DNA of 64,000 nt from Schmidtea nova (Eukaryota). The notes beneath the pieces are model-generated. The model was given only the letters and a program-made list of their open reading frames with translations. It had not been told where the DNA came from and did not search any database. Below are positions 58,463-64,000 of the stretch, one piece after another (position 1 is the first letter of the stretch; each line of letters starts with the position of its first letter). The position numbers were made by a program, and so were the translations under genes. The stretch spans positions 264,430,001-264,494,000 of the forward strand of contig CM097883.1 in NCBI GenBank assembly GCA_044892505.1, written 5' to 3'.

Positions 58463-61400
58463 ATGGAGGAGAATCAGAAAGTTACCAGTGCAAACTCAGA
58501 AGATAATTTATTAAAAGAAGAGCAGAAAATAACCAGTTCAAATGTAGAAGATAATTTACAGGAAGAAGAAAAAGAAGTAGTAACAATGAATATGCAACTA
58601 CAACAGAATATCGAAGGAAAAGTAAATGAAATGATAACCGAATTATCAGACGTTGAAATTGAAAGAAAGGGAAATGTATATGAATTTTCAGTAAAAGATA
58701 TGGAGGGAGAAGAAAAGAAGAAGTTTGTGGAGAAATATAACCGAAAAAGAAGAGAAAGAAGAAGCCATGATGATACATGTAGCATGGACGAGAAATGGGA
58801 TGAATCTACGACAATCAAATTAGAAGAAGTGGCACAAAGATTGTTAATCATTACCATAGAAGAAATGACGAAAATGAATCAAAAATCAGCAGAAAAGAGG
58901 AAATCAGCGAAGCTCGAAAGATCGAAACAAACAGAGACGTCAAAGACCGAACGATTAATCAGTAACCTAAGCAAGAGTGCAGGAAATCAATGTGAAACAA
59001 CAACTGAATTACTAAAATGGGTTATAAAAAATAGTGCAAATATATCAAACATGAGATTGATAGTGAGAGAAATCGAGAAAGGCAGACGTTTATGCCCTTG
59101 GTATTCAACACAATTTGATGACATCATGAGAAAATGGAAACAACTGGAACAAACAAACGATGATCCACAGATGAGCAGATTGAAAATTCAGTTTCCGAAT
59201 CTAGAAGAAATAAAGATGAATGTATCATTAACAACAAAGATCAAAGAGATAAAAGAGAGATTACCATTCAACTTACCATTTCACTTGAAATATGATGGAT
59301 AATCGCTGGATGATGATATAGAAATCGGTGTAACCCCGATACAAATCGAAACAAGTAATAAATTAACTGTTGATAAAATTGCAGGAAGCGAGTTGACCAG
59401 AAAAGCGAGAGGTGAAGATAATCCCGAAACAACGATAATTGCAATGATGAAAACTCCAGCTGGACCAACACTTACAATTAACATCGAAGTTAATGGTGTG
59501 AAAGTAGACGCGATGATAGATACTGGCGCAAATATATCAGCAATAGATATCGATATGATACCAGAAATGTTACGGTTATGCATCGAGAAAACATCAGTAG
59601 ACGTAATAACATGCAGCAAAGAATCTGTCAATATCATTGGAAAGATATGGGCGGACATCGAATACAGAAAAGTAAAAATATCAACTTATTTGACAGTCAT
59701 AAAACAACTGGGTGCCTCATGTATTATTGGAACAGACTTAATACCAAAACTGTTAAAAGGATCTGTAATTGATTTGAATACGATGAAGCTGAAACACCAA
59801 ATTGAAGAAAATTGCACAAGAGAAACAGCGACAGAACAATCAAGTCAAGAAATGACCAGAAAAGGACAAGTATGTATGTTTCGAGAGAATACAAATGACG
59901 ATTGGCTACATCGTATATTAACTACGAGCAGAACAGTAAATCAGTCAACAACAATATCTGAACAACCTAAGATAGTTGACGATGTAAAAATGGAGCACCG
60001 CAAAAAGATGGAATTGATCATTGAGATTACCAAAGAAATTATGCCAGAATGGTCAAAAAGTAAAGATCTATTCAAAATATTGGGAGGAGTAAGCTTAATG
60101 GTTGAGGAATATGCCAAAGGAAATGAAATGACAGAAGCGATGAATACCATAAAAGAAAGATTACCAATATTATTTACAATCGCCAGTTTTAAAGATGAGA
60201 CACCGTTATATCACGCAATAAAAAGTGGGAATGAACAGAGAATGTTTGAAATCATAAAACTCATGGAAAAGTGCAAGCAACATACCAACACAAAAAACTG
60301 GAAAGATCAAACACCCTTGATGATAGCAATTGAAAAAGGAGGATCCAAGAAACTCATAACAGAACTGATGAGAACCGGATCAAGTTTTAAAGAAAGAGAT
60401 GATAAAAATGAAACGGTGTTATCATATGCAGTGCAAGCAAATAACCATCAAATAATCAAATATATTATGTCAAATGCTACAGAAGAAGATATTGAAGTGC
60501 TCAGTTCAGATCCAAATCCATTAGTAAATGCAGTGAACAAAGATGCAGACGAAACAACAGCCAAAATGATTAAATGGTTACATCCAGTCACGCACGAAGG
60601 AGTGATAAATGTCAATGACAGATTTGAAGACAGTGAAAATATGATAATGAAAAGAGCCATGAAAAGAAAATAGAAAATGTATAAAACGATTAAAGCATTG
60701 CTGCAAAGACCGGATTTTAGATTTACAAACAACAAAAAAGAAAAAGAAAGAATTGGAGCTAAAAGACTTGAATTATATCAGCAAGTCATCATATGGAAGG
60801 AAAATATAAAAGAAAGCAGAATTCACCGAAGTTGGAACAACGCCAAAGATGAAATAACCAAGAGAGCAAATATAAAAGCCGAAGCAGATGAAATAGCTAA
60901 AAGATATGAGGAAATAATAAAATTAATAAATGTCGAGGACGACATTTTAAACGGAACCGAAGGTGGTTCTGATTATCACAATAACCCTGAAAATGAAGAT
61001 GAAGAGAATGATAACAACAAAACAAAGAAAGATGACAATGAAAGTACCAACAGAAACAATGACAAAGACGAGAAAGATGATGGAAAAAGCAACAAAGATG
61101 AAAATGGGAACAAAAGTGATGAACCCAAGCAAGAAACTTCAAATTATGAGAAACGAACAGCATGTCTACATAAAACTCGAATAAAAGACATAATATTACT
61201 GATATTGATGCTGTCAGCATTGAAAGGAACGGAAGCTGATGACAAGAGAAAACCAGTACAAGTATTCATACAAGGAGCAGATAATTAAGAAGCATGTTGG
61301 AGTAGCGTAAAATTGCAAATTAAAGGAGATAATCCAGTCAAATGTCAACGAGCAGAAGGAGGAGAAATCCGAATAAATGGATTAAAATGAGAAACGAAAT

Positions 61401-61574
61401 ATAAAATCTGTGTTTACAAAAAAGAAAGCAGCACAAGAAATGTTTAGAACACTCGTATGCCAGATAGTAGCACATAATGGTTCAAAAGTCACCCAAGAAG
61501 ACATAAAAGTCATATTAACCGACGAGCCAGATGAGAACATCAGAATGTCGTCGAAATGCAAGTTGTCAGAGTAA
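58463..61574 (+). pseudogene. A3 reduced polyprotein (helical/Ubl-like - protease - ankyrin - linker - FN3-like), disrupted
   Basis: Stops at 59300 (shared with A2), 60671 (TGG>TAG), 61286 and about 61388; otherwise near-identical to 10029-13138. Confidence 0.85.
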
Positions 61575-61725
61575 CCAGTGGAAGGAACAGTGTATATAGT
61601 GTATAAAATTATATTGTATTATAAAAGTAGAATATATTTGTATAATAAAAATTTAAAAAATCCAAAAAATGAATACCTCAAAACTGGGAAAAACAAATGA
61701 TAATATTGTGTAATTATTGACAGAA

Positions 61726-61835
61726 ATGAATCCGAACGACGAGAATCAAAGTTATCAAACATCAGTTCCAACGTTAAATGAAACATCAAATCAAATTCAG
61801 TTTCCAGAAGATACCAATATACGAGAAAGAGAAGG
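61726..61835 (+). pseudogene. Truncated 5' fragment of the 211-aa ORF
   Basis: MNPNDENQSYQTSVP..REREG matches 13289 onward, then unrelated sequence. Confidence 0.8.
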
Positions 61836-62522
61836 TTTGATGAACCAGTACCCACACCAAGGTATTCAGATTTTTGGCGTGGTTGCCGATTCATCAATTT
61901 TATTTTTGTTCCCTCGCTGGTTATTTTACATAAATCTACAAAAAAATGTGAATATACTTTAGTTTTGCCGGATAGCAGGGAAGGCAGGATTCCGGGTCGA
62001 ACCAAAGATTGATCGAAACCATCGGGTAATCGCCCAAGGAGGATCTCATAAGGAGGTGTTCCACTGCCGACTTGCTTATTAGAAAGTACTTGTCTAACCA
62101 CTCGGAGTGTGTGGATATGATTGTCAGAAAAGGTAATATTTATTTGATAACCAGTTTCTATATAAATCTTAATTGTATCCCATTTCTTTATTAATTGATT
62201 GAAAGAGACGTTGAAAAATCTGTAAAATTTAAGAATAAGATTTGAAACATAACACCAAGTTTTGGAAATGTCTGTGGAAATATCAAACATGCAGTTTACC
62301 AAAATTTCCCGAATAAAAATAAAAGGAGATCTCAAAGATTGAAGAACCATGTAAAAATGATACACACATGGATTTGATAATACAGTACATACTCTAACTA
62401 CATTCACTTTCGGATCTTGATAGGACACCAATTGACAATAAAATCGTAATTTTCTTGAGACTAATAAGTTCATCATATAAGAACCTTCAAAAATGCACAT
62501 TGTACAGACAATGAATACAAAC
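61836..62522 (-). other. Foreign insert carrying an unidentified minus-strand open frame of over 200 codons
   Basis: Frame is open from the element C boundary at 62521 across the insert; no motif recognised. Confidence 0.4.
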
Positions 62523-62631
62523 TGTGAGATAATAAGACAATTTAAATATTTATTCAGTCAATAAATCTACTTATTTAAACAACTTTATTTTCTTTTATAA
62601 ATCATTATTTTAAATTATTCTTCTTTATACA
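62523..62631 (-). repeat. Putative short (109 bp) 3' LTR of element C with adjacent PPT
   Basis: Minus strand reads GGGGAGA|TGTATAAAG...TCTCACA; contains AATAAA. Second LTR is outside the window. Confidence 0.6.
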
Positions 62632-64000
62632 TCTCCCCGAGATTCTAACAAATCTTCATTCCTGTGCCTCAAGTCAGCTACATGACGCGGCATTGCCACG
62701 GTTCCGTAATCGACGATTGCTTTATGCGGAGACAGCAGCTTCATGATTCTTCCTCTCATCCAGGAAGATGTACATGGTTGATTTTGCGCGGGTTTCACCC
62801 ATACCTTGTCGTTAATCTGAAAGCCATTGTCTATTTGTTGAGCCGTTCTTTTCGTTTCATTAAATCGAAGTCTTAGGTCATAAGCGTAAATGCCTTTTAT
62901 CGGAGGTCTGGAAGAACCATTTACTGGTGTATTATTGTACCAGTAAATTGCTTCTTGCACTGAGCATTCCGATCGCGTGACTGCAGCTTTTATTGTTTTA
63001 TGGTTCCTCTCAATAATGCCGTTGCCTGCTGGTCTATTAGCGGATCTGAATTCAGTTCTAATTCTCCACCTTTTCATTAGAGAAGTGAAAGTTTCTGACC
63101 TAAACGATAAGTAATTGTCCAACAGAAGCTCGTCAGGAGGTCCTCTTTCATAAAATACCTGTTCCAACTGTTTGCAAATTTCGTCTGCGCTTTCGTTTCG
63201 TATTTCTCGCCAAATCGCAAATCGAGAAGGCCCGCAATCTATGATTGTTAAAAATTTTCTTTGATGTAATTTAGTCACATCGATAGCTAATCGTTTCCAA
63301 GAATCTTTTACCTCTAATTGCCCTTTGCTGATCTTAACCGGATGAGGGTCTATTGATTGACATTTGTCACACTTCTCGACAATCTCTTTTAACTCATTTT
63401 GAGAAAGGTTAATTCCTGCTTCCTCGGTCAAGAACCTCAACCGATCTCCTCCGAAATGGCTTAATTTGTGTATTTCAACTGCGTTCTTGATGGGATCTTC
63501 ACCCGGGTCTAGCAACGCCGTATTACACGTATGTTTCGTAATCCAATTTGAGGGAATTCTGGTTAATATGTCGGATTTATTTTTGTCTGTTGGAACGTAT
63601 TCTATTTCAGCCTTTATCTCATATTCAATAATTAATTCTTTAATTATGTTGAGCCTTCTTTTTACTAACATTTCTGAGGAAGCTTTAGTTGAAACCTTTC
63701 TCTCGGATGTCAAGGCATTATGTACCCAACTTACCACGGATTTGTTATCCGACATGATCTTAACAGTCTTTAAATTCCATTTGATGCATAAGTTGATGCC
63801 TTTAACGATCGCCTCAAGTTCGCACAGGTTAATGTGCCTAACGTCCTTCTCCTTTCTCAACCAGCATGCGTCTTCCATAATATTTCCGTCGATTTCTAGC
63901 GCTGCTCCTATGGCGATAGAGCTGGCATCACACCATAAAATATTTCCTCTGTCCATTGGTGCTTTCCATATACCATGAGCTGGATCATTCTTTTCAACCT
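62625..64000 (-). CDS. pol: Gypsy-type pol C-terminus (RNase H + integrase) of an unrelated element C
   Basis: CDASSIAIGA, ELEAI, SDNKSV (RNase H); H..SHFG..CDKC, AIDVT, LLDN, NGIIERNH (integrase); runs off window end. Confidence 0.9.
   Translation of the reverse strand, partial: VEKNDPAHGIWKAPMDRGNILWCDASSIAIGAALEIDGNIMEDACWLRKEKDVRHINLCELEAIVKGINLCIKWNLKTVKIMSDNKSVVSWVHNALTSERKVSTKASSEMLVKRRLNIIKELIIEYEIKAEIEYVPTDKNKSDILTRIPSNWITKHTCNTALLDPGEDPIKNAVEIHKLSHFGGDRLRFLTEEAGINLSQNELKEIVEKCDKCQSIDPHPVKISKGQLEVKDSWKRLAIDVTKLHQRKFLTIIDCGPSRFAIWREIRNESADEICKQLEQVFYERGPPDELLLDNYLSFRSETFTSLMKRWRIRTEFRSANRPAGNGIIERNHKTIKAAVTRSECSVQEAIYWYNNTPVNGSSRPPIKGIYAYDLRLRFNETKRTAQQIDNGFQINDKVWVKPAQNQPCTSSWMRGRIMKLLSPHKAIVDYGTVAMPRHVADLRHRNEDLLESRGDV

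Larger units (their letters stand above)
53069..61835 (+). mobile_element. Family A copy A3, 5' internal region, truncated at about 61835
   Basis: PBS, RING ORF, tandem array and polyprotein collinear with A2; identity to A2 stops after GAGAAGG at 61835. Confidence 0.85.

Overview
AT-rich eukaryotic (invertebrate) DNA made almost entirely of nested giant Ty3/Gypsy-type LTR retroelements. No ordinary intron-containing host gene is recognisable. Element B (23842-51547, 27.7 kb) is complete: two 3211-bp LTRs, a 4-bp ATTA target duplication and a tRNA-Pro-like PBS. Its long, now broken reading frame has the unusual order gag - ubiquitin-like domains - Bcl-2-like domain - chuvirus/gB-like envelope glycoprotein - protease - RT - RNase H - integrase - ankyrin repeats. 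Downstream come an FN3-like membrane protein, a TRAF, a coiled-coil protein and a small membrane protein; a RING ORF precedes gag and two ORFs lie inside the LTR. B sits inside the LTR of a related family A, present as three partial copies (A1, A2, A3). Family A has no recognisable capsid, env, RT, RNase H or integrase, but keeps the protease, ankyrin and FN3 modules and carries TRAF, IAP (BIR+RING), RING and membrane-protein ORFs. A conventional Gypsy pol and an unidentified ORF fragment lie on the minus strand at the right end. Three assembly gaps occur at 53-55 kb. The main candidate system is an enveloped retroelement with a large-DNA-virus-like apoptosis/ubiquitin/TNF-pathway payload plus a non-autonomous, cargo-rich relative. 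Size and content recall the giant Burro elements of planarians, so host identity and novelty need a database check. All domain calls are by eye from motifs; no search was run.
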